A stretch of DNA of 64,000 nt from Planctomycetaceae bacterium (GTDB taxonomy: Bacteria > Planctomycetota > PLA2). A program made the translations under genes and the position numbers. Below the pieces are notes generated by a model that did no database searches, was not told the DNA's origin, and saw only the letters and a program-made list of their open reading frames with translations. Where the stretch lies: contig WYBS01000069.1 in NCBI GenBank assembly GCA_011525755.1, forward strand, positions 5,196 through 69,195, read 5' to 3'. Shown in pieces: positions 1 through 7,589 of this stretch (the stretch's first letter is position 1; every line of letters begins with the position of its first letter).

Positions 1-38
1 TTCCTGCCCCCGGGGCCCCCCATTTTCGTCCCGCGATT

Positions 39-76
39 GGTTCCATTTGGTCCCAGTCGGTCCCATTGGTCATAAT
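39..76 (+). promoter_or_regulatory. Phased ~10-bp direct-repeat array (putative operator) overlapping a -10-like CATAAT hexamer
   Basis: Read directly: GGTTCCAttt (39-48), GGTCCCAgtc (49-58), GGTCCCAtt (59-67), GGTCATAat (68-76). CATAAT at 71-76 lies 12 nt upstream of the ATG at 88. A related array follows the same gene's stop codon (5287-5320). Confidence 0.5.
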
Positions 77-87
77 GCGCTGGCCCG

Positions 88-3000
88 ATGGACCACGGGA
101 CCCTTCTCCTCGGCCGCTACGAGCACGTACGCGGCCTAGGGGCGGGCGGCTCTGGTGAGCTCCTCCTCGTCAAGGACCACAAGCGGGGGGACGAGGCCTG
201 CGCGCTGAAGATCCTCAGGCCCCGGTCTCGCGACCCGGGGCTGGAACCGCTCTTCCGGCAGGAGTTTCTCGAGCTCTCGCAGATCCGGCACGCGGGGATC
301 GTGAGCGTGCGGGACTTCGGGCTGCTCGAGAGCGGCGAGCCCTACTTCACGATGGACTTCGTGCCCGGCGAGAGCTGCCGGGCCTTCGTGCGCGAGGACC
401 GGCTCACGGCGACCGAGTACGTCGACCTCGCGGCGGGCGTGCTCTCCGCGCTCGCGCACATCCACGCGCGCGGCATCGTCCACCGCGACGTGAAGCCCGA
501 GAACCTGATCGTCCGCCGCGGCGACGGGCATCTCGAGACGGTCCTCATCGACTTCGGCCTCGCGCTCTCGGCGGGCGCGAACCGCGCGGGCGAGGCCTCG
601 GGCACGCTCCCCTACATCGCGCCGGAGGTGCTCGCGGGGGCCGCAGCCGACCCGCGCGCGGACCTCTTCGCGCTCGGCATGGTGCTCTTCGAGGTGGCGA
701 CCGGGAAGCACGTCGCGGACCGCGCGGCGCTCCTGCGGTCGCCCGCGGCGACGCTCGCGCCCGACCGCGTCCGGCGCGTGCTGCGGCGCGGCGCGCGGGG
801 GACGGTGCCGCGCCGGTTCGAGGAGCTCGTGGCGCGCCTCGTCGCGGCGTCGCCCGCGGACCGGTATCCGTCGGCGGCGCACGCGCTGAAGAACCTCGGC
901 GAGCTCTTCGGCCGCTCGTCGGCCGAGGTGCCGTCGGCGGCGGTCGCGCGGCTGCGGCTCCCGGAGGCGCCGCTCGTAGGCCGCGAAGCCGCGCTCGACG
1001 CGCTGCTCCAGCGGCTCGAGGCGCTGCGCGAGGGGACGCTCCTCGACCCGCTGGTGATCGTCGCGGGGCCCGCGGGGATGGGGGTCACGCGGCTCCTCGC
1101 GACGCTCCGGAACCACGCGGCCGTGTCGGGCTGCCTCGTCGCGACGGGAGCTTCGCTCCGAGACCTCGCGGCGGATCTCCTGGGGCATCCGGCGGTGCGG
1201 GACGGCGGCGAGGTCGGCGCGTCGCCGCGCGAGCACGTCTTCCGGATCGACGCCGCGCTCCACGCGCTGCCGCCGGGCGAGCTGCCGGTCCTGCTCCTCG
1301 ACGACCTGCACCGCATGGGGGCGGTGGAGTGCGCGGCGCTGCGCGACTGGATCGCGGCGCTCGAGCGGCGCTCGGGGCGCGCGCAGGCGATGCTCGTGCT
1401 CGGCGGGAGGGGCGACGGGGAGGGGCCCGGGGCCGAGATCCTCCGCACCGCCGGGCGCGCCGTGCGGCACGACCTGCGCGACCTCGCGCCGCTCGGTCGC
1501 AACGACGTGCGCGCGGTGCTCGGCGCGGTGCTCGGGCAACCGCGCATCTCGGGCGACCTCGTGCAGGCGCTCCATCGCACGACGGGCGGGAATCCGCGGC
1601 TCCTCTCGGAGCTCATGCAGCTGCTCGTGGACGAGGGAGTGCTCGATCTCTCGGGGGACGAGCCGCGGCTCGCGGAGGAACGGCTCAAGGGGCTGCGGCT
1701 GCCGGAGGGCGTCGCGGAGGCCGTGGCGCGTCGTGTCGGGCGCCTGCCCGCGGCGGCGGCGAAGAGCCTCGCGCGGTTCGCGCTCGTCGCGGAGCCGCTG
1801 CCCGCCGGCGCGGCGCTCGCGCTGTGCGGCACGGACCTGTCGATGCTCCTCGCGGAGCGGCTGCTCGTGGTCGATCGCGGCCGCGTGCGGTTCCCGTCGG
1901 AGCTGACGCGGCGCGGGGCGGACACGCTGAAGGGCGCCGCGCGCAGGAAGGCGATGGCCGAGACCGCTGCCGCGCTGGCCGCCGAGGCGCCGGCGGCGGC
2001 CGCGCTGCTCTACGCGGAGGCCAATGACCGCGAGCGCGCGCGCGAGGTGGGGCTGCCGGCGGCGCGGAAGCTCCGCGACGCGCGCCGTCACGAGGAGGCG
2101 CGGCGGCTGCTCGATGCGCTCGTGGGCGAGGACGCGGACCTCGAGACGGGGCGGCTGCTGCATGAAGTGCTCCATGCGGCGGGCCGCTGGGTGGAGGCGG
2201 CGGATGTGGGGAAGCGGCTCCTCGAGCGTCACGCGGACGTCGAGGTGAGCTTCATGACGGCGGCGGCGCTGCGGAGCGCGGGGCGCGCGGACCAGGCGCT
2301 CGCGTTGCTCGAGGGCCTCGATCGCGGCGCATCCGGCGAGATCGCGACGCGCGTCGCCAACGCGAAGGCCGCGGTGTACGAGTCGCTCGGCCGGTTCCAG
2401 GAGGCGCTGGCGGAGTCGCATCGCGCGGAGTCGTTTGCCGGCTCGCTGCTGGGCCTCGGCGGCCGCATCGCGCGGGTGCGGGCGAATGTGCTTCGGCGGA
2501 TGGGAAGACGAAGGGCCGCGCTCGATGTCGAGCGCGCCATGGCCTACGCGAAAGACATCGGGCTCCGTGAGCTGCAGGCTGCATTTCATAACAGTGCGCT
2601 GTTGAAGTTCCAGGGCGGGGACGCGGCCGCAGCGGTCCGTGGTTATCGCGTGGCGTGCCGGTTGGCGTCCGCCGTGGGGTGGCAGAGCGGGCTTGCGGCC
2701 GCGTTGCTTAATCTGGCCAACGTTCTGGTCGCGAATGGCCGCGCATCTGTGGCAGCGCGATGCGCCGCGCGAGCTAGATCCGTGTTCGAGCAGCTAGGCG
2801 ACGAGAGCGACGTGGCGTGGGCGTTGGCGGACGAGGCCGACTCGCTCCTGTGGTCTGGCCGGCCCCGAGACGCGGAGCGCCAGTTGAGCCGCTGCGAGGG
2901 CCTTCCGGGATTCGGGCACAGCGTCGCCCCGCAGCGGCTGTGCGCGCTCGTTCGTAGCGCGGCGCTCCACTTGGCAGGCGACACCCCGGGCGGGGTGAAG

Positions 3001-5286
3001 AAATGCGACGAATTGCTCGAGGCGCCGTCCGGCTGGGGGGCGTCGCATGCACAGGCAGCGATCCGCAGGGCAGCCTTGATCAGCGCGCTGGGAGATCCGG
3101 ATGAGGCAGAGGCAGTGTGGAGGGGAGCTCTGCGACATGTGTTCCGGTCGCGGGACCGTCGGCTCCTATGCGAGGCGCGCGTGGGGCTCGCTGAGTGTGC
3201 TGCGGCGAAGGGCGGATGGCGTCTCGCAGAGCGACGCCTCGGAGTCCGCGACGCAGGGCCACTCCGCCTGCGCAGCTCGCTGCGCGCCCGCGCTTTCCTT
3301 GTGCGCGCAGGCGCCGCGCTGAGCCGCGGCGAGGCCGGGGGCGCCGGCCGCCTGCTCGAAGAGGCGGTCGCCATCGCCAACCGGTGCACCGACGCGCCGC
3401 TTCGGGCGCAGGTTTACGAGGCCGCTGCGTCGCTCCTCGAGGAGGGAGAGATGCAGCGCTATCTCCGCCGGCCCACCGGGCCCGCGGCGGCTGCGCTGCT
3501 CGAGGCCGCGCGTGACATCTGGGCCATCTACGGGAACGAAACCATGCTGCGGAAGATCGATCTCCATCTCGCCGAATTGCCGCGCCCCGCCAGCGACCCG
3601 CTATCGGCGCCCGAGGCCGACCGCCTCGTCAAGGTGCTCCACATCACGCGCGAGATGAACCGCGAGTTCAGCCGCGACCGCCTGCTGGGGCTGATCCTCG
3701 ACCGCGCGATCGAGCTGACCGGCGCGGAGCGCGGCTTCGTGATCCTCCTCGACGAGGGGCGGGAGACGGTCCACCTCGCACGGAACCTGGACCGCGAATC
3801 GATCTCGGAGCCCGAGCGGAAGATCTCGTCGCAGATCATGAAGGAGGTCGTGCGCTCGGGCCGGATCGTCCGCAGCGAGAACGCCGAGACCGACGGCCGG
3901 TTCGAGGAGTACATGTCGGTGCGCCAGCTCCACCTGAAGTCGGTCGTCGCGGTGCCCTTCCGGTCGGGGGGCAAGACCGTGGGCGCGCTCTACCTCGACA
4001 ACCGGTTCCGGACGGGCAACTTCAGCGAGCAGGACGAGCGCCTCCTCGAGCTCTTCGCGGACCAGGCCGTGGCGGCGATCGACAAGGCGGAGCTCGTGCG
4101 CGAGCTCGAGGGGCAGAGGAAGGAGATCGAGGATCTCTACAAGCAGCAGAAGTCGGAGCTGCAGAAGCGGGGCAAGGAGCTCAAGTACGCGAAACGGGAG
4201 CTTCGCCAGCACCGGCAGGCCCGCGGGTGGAGCTTCGACAAGATCATCGCGAGGAGCGTGGTGATGCAGGGCGTCGTGCGCGAGGCGAAGCGCGTGGCGC
4301 CGACGGAACTCTCGCTGATCATCACGGGCGAGAACGGGACCGGCAAGGAGCTCATCGCGCGCGCGATCCACTACGCGAGCGCGCGCCAGTCGATGCCCTT
4401 CGTGGCCCTCGATTGCGCCTCGGTCCCGGAGGGGCTCCACGAGTCGGAGCTCTTCGGGCATGTGCGCGGGTCCTTCACCGGCGCGGACCGCGATCGGGCG
4501 GGTCTCTTCGAGGAGGCGGACGGCGGCACTCTCTTCCTCGACGAGATCGGGAACATGCCCGTCGCGATGCAGGTGAAGCTCCTGCGCGCCCTCGAGCTCG
4601 GGGAGGTGAAGCGGATCGGGGAGTCCGCGGTCCGGACGGTCGACGTCCGCGTGATCGCGGCGACGAACGCGGATCTTGAGCAGATGATCGCGACCGGGAG
4701 GTTCCGCGAGGATCTCTACTACCGCCTCGCCGGGCTGAGCCTCCACGTGCCGTCGCTGCGGGAACGGCTCGAGGACATCGAGCCCCTCGCCTATGCGTTC
4801 GTCGAGGAGGCCGCTCGCCGGGAGGGGATGGCCGAGGCGAAGCTCACGAACGACGCGATCGCGAAGCTGGAGTCGTTCCCCTGGCCCGGGAACGTGCGCG
4901 AGCTGAGGAACGTGATCCTCCGCGCGGTCGTGAGCTCGGAGGGGAAGAAGATCGGGCCCGAGGACATCAAGCTCGACTCCCGGGGCCCGAACCTCCTTCC
5001 GGGCTACGACCCCGGCCAGGTGGACCGGATCCTCGCGGAGCTGGCGAAGAAGGGATTTGGCCTCAACCACCGCCAGCAAACGGCGGTGAGCCGGGTGCTT
5101 GCCCGGGGGAAGCTCTTGTTCGGCGAGTACCGGGAGCTATTCCGCGTCTCCAAGTCGACGACGGCGCGCGACCTCGATCTCTTGGTCGAGCCGGGCGTCC
5201 TTGAGCGGCGTGGCAAAACGCGCTCGGCGGTCTACCTGCCTGGGCCCGCACTCCAAGAGATCGCACGCAGCATGGCCGGCGAGTAG
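88..5286 (+). CDS. Multidomain Ser/Thr protein kinase - STAND/AAA_16-like - TPR - GAF - sigma54-interacting AAA+ - winged-helix regulator (1732 aa)
   Basis: Single uninterrupted ORF. Hanks kinase motifs: GAGGSGELLLV..ALKIL, HRDVKPENL, DFGLA, APE. AAA_16-like block: VIVAGPAGMGVTRLL and LLLDDLH, with the Walker A Lys replaced by Val. A long helical/TPR region follows. GAF-like block: LLGLILDRAIELTGAERGFVILLD...VAVPF. sigma54 AAA+ core: GENGTGKE, ESELFGH, GSFTGA, TLFLDEIG, RVIAATN, FREDLYYRL. The C-terminus is wHTH-like (VSKSTTARDLDLLVEPGVLERRG). Confidence 0.9.
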   Translation: MDHGTLLLGRYEHVRGLGAGGSGELLLVKDHKRGDEACALKILRPRSRDPGLEPLFRQEFLELSQIRHAGIVSVRDFGLLESGEPYFTMDFVPGESCRAFVREDRLTATEYVDLAAGVLSALAHIHARGIVHRDVKPENLIVRRGDGHLETVLIDFGLALSAGANRAGEASGTLPYIAPEVLAGAAADPRADLFALGMVLFEVATGKHVADRAALLRSPAATLAPDRVRRVLRRGARGTVPRRFEELVARLVAASPADRYPSAAHALKNLGELFGRSSAEVPSAAVARLRLPEAPLVGREAALDALLQRLEALREGTLLDPLVIVAGPAGMGVTRLLATLRNHAAVSGCLVATGASLRDLAADLLGHPAVRDGGEVGASPREHVFRIDAALHALPPGELPVLLLDDLHRMGAVECAALRDWIAALERRSGRAQAMLVLGGRGDGEGPGAEILRTAGRAVRHDLRDLAPLGRNDVRAVLGAVLGQPRISGDLVQALHRTTGGNPRLLSELMQLLVDEGVLDLSGDEPRLAEERLKGLRLPEGVAEAVARRVGRLPAAAAKSLARFALVAEPLPAGAALALCGTDLSMLLAERLLVVDRGRVRFPSELTRRGADTLKGAARRKAMAETAAALAAEAPAAAALLYAEANDRERAREVGLPAARKLRDARRHEEARRLLDALVGEDADLETGRLLHEVLHAAGRWVEAADVGKRLLERHADVEVSFMTAAALRSAGRADQALALLEGLDRGASGEIATRVANAKAAVYESLGRFQEALAESHRAESFAGSLLGLGGRIARVRANVLRRMGRRRAALDVERAMAYAKDIGLRELQAAFHNSALLKFQGGDAAAAVRGYRVACRLASAVGWQSGLAAALLNLANVLVANGRASVAARCAARARSVFEQLGDESDVAWALADEADSLLWSGRPRDAERQLSRCEGLPGFGHSVAPQRLCALVRSAALHLAGDTPGGVKKCDELLEAPSGWGASHAQAAIRRAALISALGDPDEAEAVWRGALRHVFRSRDRRLLCEARVGLAECAAAKGGWRLAERRLGVRDAGPLRLRSSLRARAFLVRAGAALSRGEAGGAGRLLEEAVAIANRCTDAPLRAQVYEAAASLLEEGEMQRYLRRPTGPAAAALLEAARDIWAIYGNETMLRKIDLHLAELPRPASDPLSAPEADRLVKVLHITREMNREFSRDRLLGLILDRAIELTGAERGFVILLDEGRETVHLARNLDRESISEPERKISSQIMKEVVRSGRIVRSENAETDGRFEEYMSVRQLHLKSVVAVPFRSGGKTVGALYLDNRFRTGNFSEQDERLLELFADQAVAAIDKAELVRELEGQRKEIEDLYKQQKSELQKRGKELKYAKRELRQHRQARGWSFDKIIARSVVMQGVVREAKRVAPTELSLIITGENGTGKELIARAIHYASARQSMPFVALDCASVPEGLHESELFGHVRGSFTGADRDRAGLFEEADGGTLFLDEIGNMPVAMQVKLLRALELGEVKRIGESAVRTVDVRVIAATNADLEQMIATGRFREDLYYRLAGLSLHVPSLRERLEDIEPLAYAFVEEAARREGMAEAKLTNDAIAKLESFPWPGNVRELRNVILRAVVSSEGKKIGPEDIKLDSRGPNLLPGYDPGQVDRILAELAKKGFGLNHRQQTAVSRVLARGKLLFGEYRELFRVSKSTTARDLDLLVEPGVLERRGKTRSAVYLPGPALQEIARSMAGE

Positions 5287-5320
5287 ACCAATGGCACCAA
5301 TTGGTGTCAGTTGGGACAAG
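5287..5320 (+). promoter_or_regulatory. Second phased ~10-bp repeat array (putative upstream activator/operator site)
   Basis: gACCAATGGc ACCAATTGGt GTCAGTTGGg ACaag. Three CCA-N2-4-GG units at a 10-bp period start right after the TAG at 5284-5286. They share the CCAnTnGG(T) core with the 39-76 array. Confidence 0.45.
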
Positions 5321-5477
5321 ACGCGTCTGATCCGGTAGCCTCCTAACTCACTGCCGCGCCATGGCTTAGACGCTATGGCCCAAGTCGGGACTCCCGCTGG
5401 CGCTCCCGCATTGCCTCCGCTTGGCGCAGTGATTCTCTCCGGTCGGTAACGGCGAAGCCGGAAAGGAATCGGGAATC

Positions 5478-5930
5478 ATGCGAATCTGCGGGAGCTCCAA
5501 GGGAGGCATCGGAAGACGAGCAGCCGTGGCGATCGCCCTACTGGCGAGCGTCGGTTTGGCCACGGAGCTGTGGATGGAGGAGATTCCCAGCGCCAACGTC
5601 TACGTTGTCACGGCGAGCCTTGTTCCGGGTGACGGCGGCGCGGAGGTGTGCGGGGGCGGGAAGGAGCAGGGCCATGTCGACTTCCGCATCGGCTTCGATA
5701 TCGGCGGAGTCACCGTCAATGGAGTTGCAGCCGGGTGCTTTGACCCCGGCGCTGCGTACGGCGTGACGGTGTCTTGCTGGAGGTGCGGCCCCCACTGGTT
5801 GGCCACAACGCGCGTCGTAAACCTGACGACGGGCCAGCTGGTGTTTGAGCAGGCGAACTACAAGATGCCGGCCGCCGCCGAAGTCGCGTGGGCCACCGGG
5901 GCCGACGTGTTCGATCTCCGCGTGGAGTAA
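5478..5930 (+). CDS. Small secreted Cys-containing protein, unknown family (paralog A)
   Basis: 150-aa ORF with purine-rich GGAAAGGAA upstream. Signal-like N-terminus (GRRAAVAIALLASVGLA). 4 Cys in the mature part. Shares the motifs AEV.CGG.K..HVDF and HV(D/N)FRI...G.V.VNG...A.C.DP with the ORF at 6154-6669. Visibly lower GC and more T-ending codons than its neighbours. Confidence 0.55.
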   Translation: MRICGSSKGGIGRRAAVAIALLASVGLATELWMEEIPSANVYVVTASLVPGDGGAEVCGGGKEQGHVDFRIGFDIGGVTVNGVAAGCFDPGAAYGVTVSCWRCGPHWLATTRVVNLTTGQLVFEQANYKMPAAAEVAWATGADVFDLRVE

Positions 5931-6109
5931 AGACCCAAGGGGCCGCGCCACGAAGGCGGGGCGGCACCGCGGCCCTCCCGAGCAACCGGTGGATAACTTG
6001 TGGGCGGCCGGCGCATACGCGCCAGCGCCGGCCATAGAGCTGGCGGGCTGGAGCGCCAGCTCCGCAGTTGGCGGCCTGTCGTAGGCAACCAGCGCCCTTG
6101 GGTACCGCT

Positions 6110-6125
6110 CGGCCCTGCGTTTGCC
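6110..6125 (+). promoter_or_regulatory. Candidate sigma54 (-24/-12) promoter for paralog B
   Basis: cGGCcC-tgcgt-TTGCc. GG (6111-6112) and TTGC (6121-6124) have the canonical spacing of TGGCAC-N5-TTGC. The predicted start is ~20 nt upstream of the ATG at 6154, ahead of the AAGGAG SD (6142-6147). A sigma54 activator gene lies 0.8 kb upstream. Confidence 0.35.
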
Positions 6126-6153
6126 GGTCAACTAGCACAGAAAGGAGATCGGC

Positions 6154-6669
6154 ATGGCTGGTGTAGGAGCCCGGGCGTTCTCGGCAATCGGCGCGTGCGT
6201 GCTGGTCGCAGTAGCGGCGCTCGCCCATGGCGAGGACAGCGGTGAGAACAACGAGTGCGGCGGGTCGGTTGCGTGCTGCGCGGTTGGGTCGGCGCAAACA
6301 TGGAAGGCTCACGCGCTGATCATGGCGGGCCCGAGCGTGGCCGAGCTTCAATGCGGCGGCGACAAGGGGTTCGACCATGTGGACTTCTCGACGGACGGAA
6401 CGGACCGGGGCAACGACCACGTCAACTTCCGCATCACCATCCAGCCCGAAGGCCGTGTCGATGTGAACGGGCAGGAGTTCGCCGCGTGCGACCCGGCTGA
6501 CGGCTGCCGGCTCTCTCTCGCGTGGTCGTCCGGCGCCAGCACGCTCGTCGTCCAGGTCGAGCAGGCCGACGGGTCGCTCGCCGCGGGGCAGTTCTACCTC
6601 GCCGAGGCGCCCACCGAGATCAGCGTAAAGGCGGCGGAGATCCGCCTGCTCTCCATCACGCCGCAGTAG
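6154..6669 (+). CDS. Small secreted Cys-containing protein, unknown family (paralog B)
   Basis: 171-aa ORF with a strong SD (AAGGAG) 6 nt before the ATG. Signal peptide (ACVLVAVAALAHG/ED). 6 Cys in the mature part. Motif-level similarity to 5478-5930. Confidence 0.65.
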   Translation: MAGVGARAFSAIGACVLVAVAALAHGEDSGENNECGGSVACCAVGSAQTWKAHALIMAGPSVAELQCGGDKGFDHVDFSTDGTDRGNDHVNFRITIQPEGRVDVNGQEFAACDPADGCRLSLAWSSGASTLVVQVEQADGSLAAGQFYLAEAPTEISVKAAEIRLLSITPQ

Positions 6670-6692
6670 CGGCCGGCCCCGGGCGCCGTGCC

Positions 6693-7574
6693 CTACGCGA
6701 GGGCCACGAACACGGCGGCCGCTCCCAGGTGGGAGAACGTGTACTGCAGGTACATGAGCCCCCACGCGGGGTGCGGCCGCCCGCTCGACGGCGGCGCGGG
6801 GTCGCGCACCAGCAGGGCCCCCGCGACCCCCCCGATGCCCGCCAGCGGCAGGCCGACGAGCGCCCACGGCATGGCGCCTCCCGGCAGGAGCCCCGCCGCC
6901 CCGAGCGCCGGGTAGAGGAGATACGGGGCGACGAGGAACGGCGCGACGAACCGCGCCGCGCGCCGCGGGCCCCAGAGGATCGGCAGCGTCACGCACCCCG
7001 TCGCGCGGTCGCCCGCCGCGTCCGCGAAGTCCTTCGTCGTCGACGCCCCGAACACGTACACCCACGCGAGCGCCCCGAGCACCCACGCCTCGCTTCGGAA
7101 GAGCCCGCCGCCGACCGCCCACCCCGCGAGCACGAGGAAGAGCCCCCGCGGCGTCGCGATCGTCGCGTTCGCGGCGAACGGCAGCCGCTTCGTCCGGAAC
7201 GGCGGGAACGAATACAAGGACGTCACCGGCACCGTGAGCAGCACGCACGCGAGATACCCGAGGCCGCACGGAACCGCGAGCGCGACCGCGCCCGCGAGCA
7301 GCGCGAGCGTCAGCGCCCACGCCTCGCGCATGCTCATCCGCCCCGCCGGCAGCGGCCGCTCCGAGCGGTTGATGCGATCGGTCTCGATGTCCGCGATCTG
7401 GTTGAGCCCGTTGCTCGCGCCCGTCAGCAGGATCGCGGAGAGCACCGCGAGCACGATCACGAGGAGGTCCGGGGGCCATCCGCCCCGCGCCGCCACCGCC
7501 CCGCCGATCACGCCCGCGACCGGCGCGGCCAGCGTGGCCGGGCGCGTGAACCGGATGGCGTCCGCAACCGACAC
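6693..7574 (-). CDS. UbiA-family prenyltransferase (polytopic membrane protein)
   Basis: 293 aa, multiple hydrophobic helices. First Asp-rich motif NGLNQIADIETDRIN (NxxxDxxxD) followed by RPLPAG. A second Asp-containing region (KDFADAAGD). Confidence 0.85.
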   Translation of the reverse strand: MSVADAIRFTRPATLAAPVAGVIGGAVAARGGWPPDLLVIVLAVLSAILLTGASNGLNQIADIETDRINRSERPLPAGRMSMREAWALTLALLAGAVALAVPCGLGYLACVLLTVPVTSLYSFPPFRTKRLPFAANATIATPRGLFLVLAGWAVGGGLFRSEAWVLGALAWVYVFGASTTKDFADAAGDRATGCVTLPILWGPRRAARFVAPFLVAPYLLYPALGAAGLLPGGAMPWALVGLPLAGIGGVAGALLVRDPAPPSSGRPHPAWGLMYLQYTFSHLGAAAVFVALA

Positions 7575-7589
7575 GATCGTTGCCCGCGC

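Noticed and set aside
136-2589. 817-aa minus-strand ORF, plus many other long ORFs overlapping the kinase-sigma54 gene
   Set aside because: Arg/Pro/Glu/His-rich low-complexity translation with no domain motifs. It is antisense to a gene with clear kinase/AAA+ motifs, which is a typical high-GC shadow ORF.
5292-5307. TGGCACcaattGGTGT as a sigma54 -24/-12 promoter directly after the activator gene
   Set aside because: The -24 half is perfect, but no GC/TTGC element sits at the obligatory spacing: TTGG comes 2 nt too early and GGTG occupies the -12 position. I interpret it as part of the 10-bp repeat array instead.
5399-5414. TGGCGCtcccgcaTTGCC as a sigma54 promoter for paralog A
   Set aside because: The GG-to-GC spacing is 2 nt too long for the invariant -24/-12 geometry.
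5287-6692. Lower-GC islet as a mobile element or genomic island
   Set aside because: No integrase, transposase, tRNA attachment site or flanking direct/inverted repeats are visible. Only a composition shift supports foreign origin.
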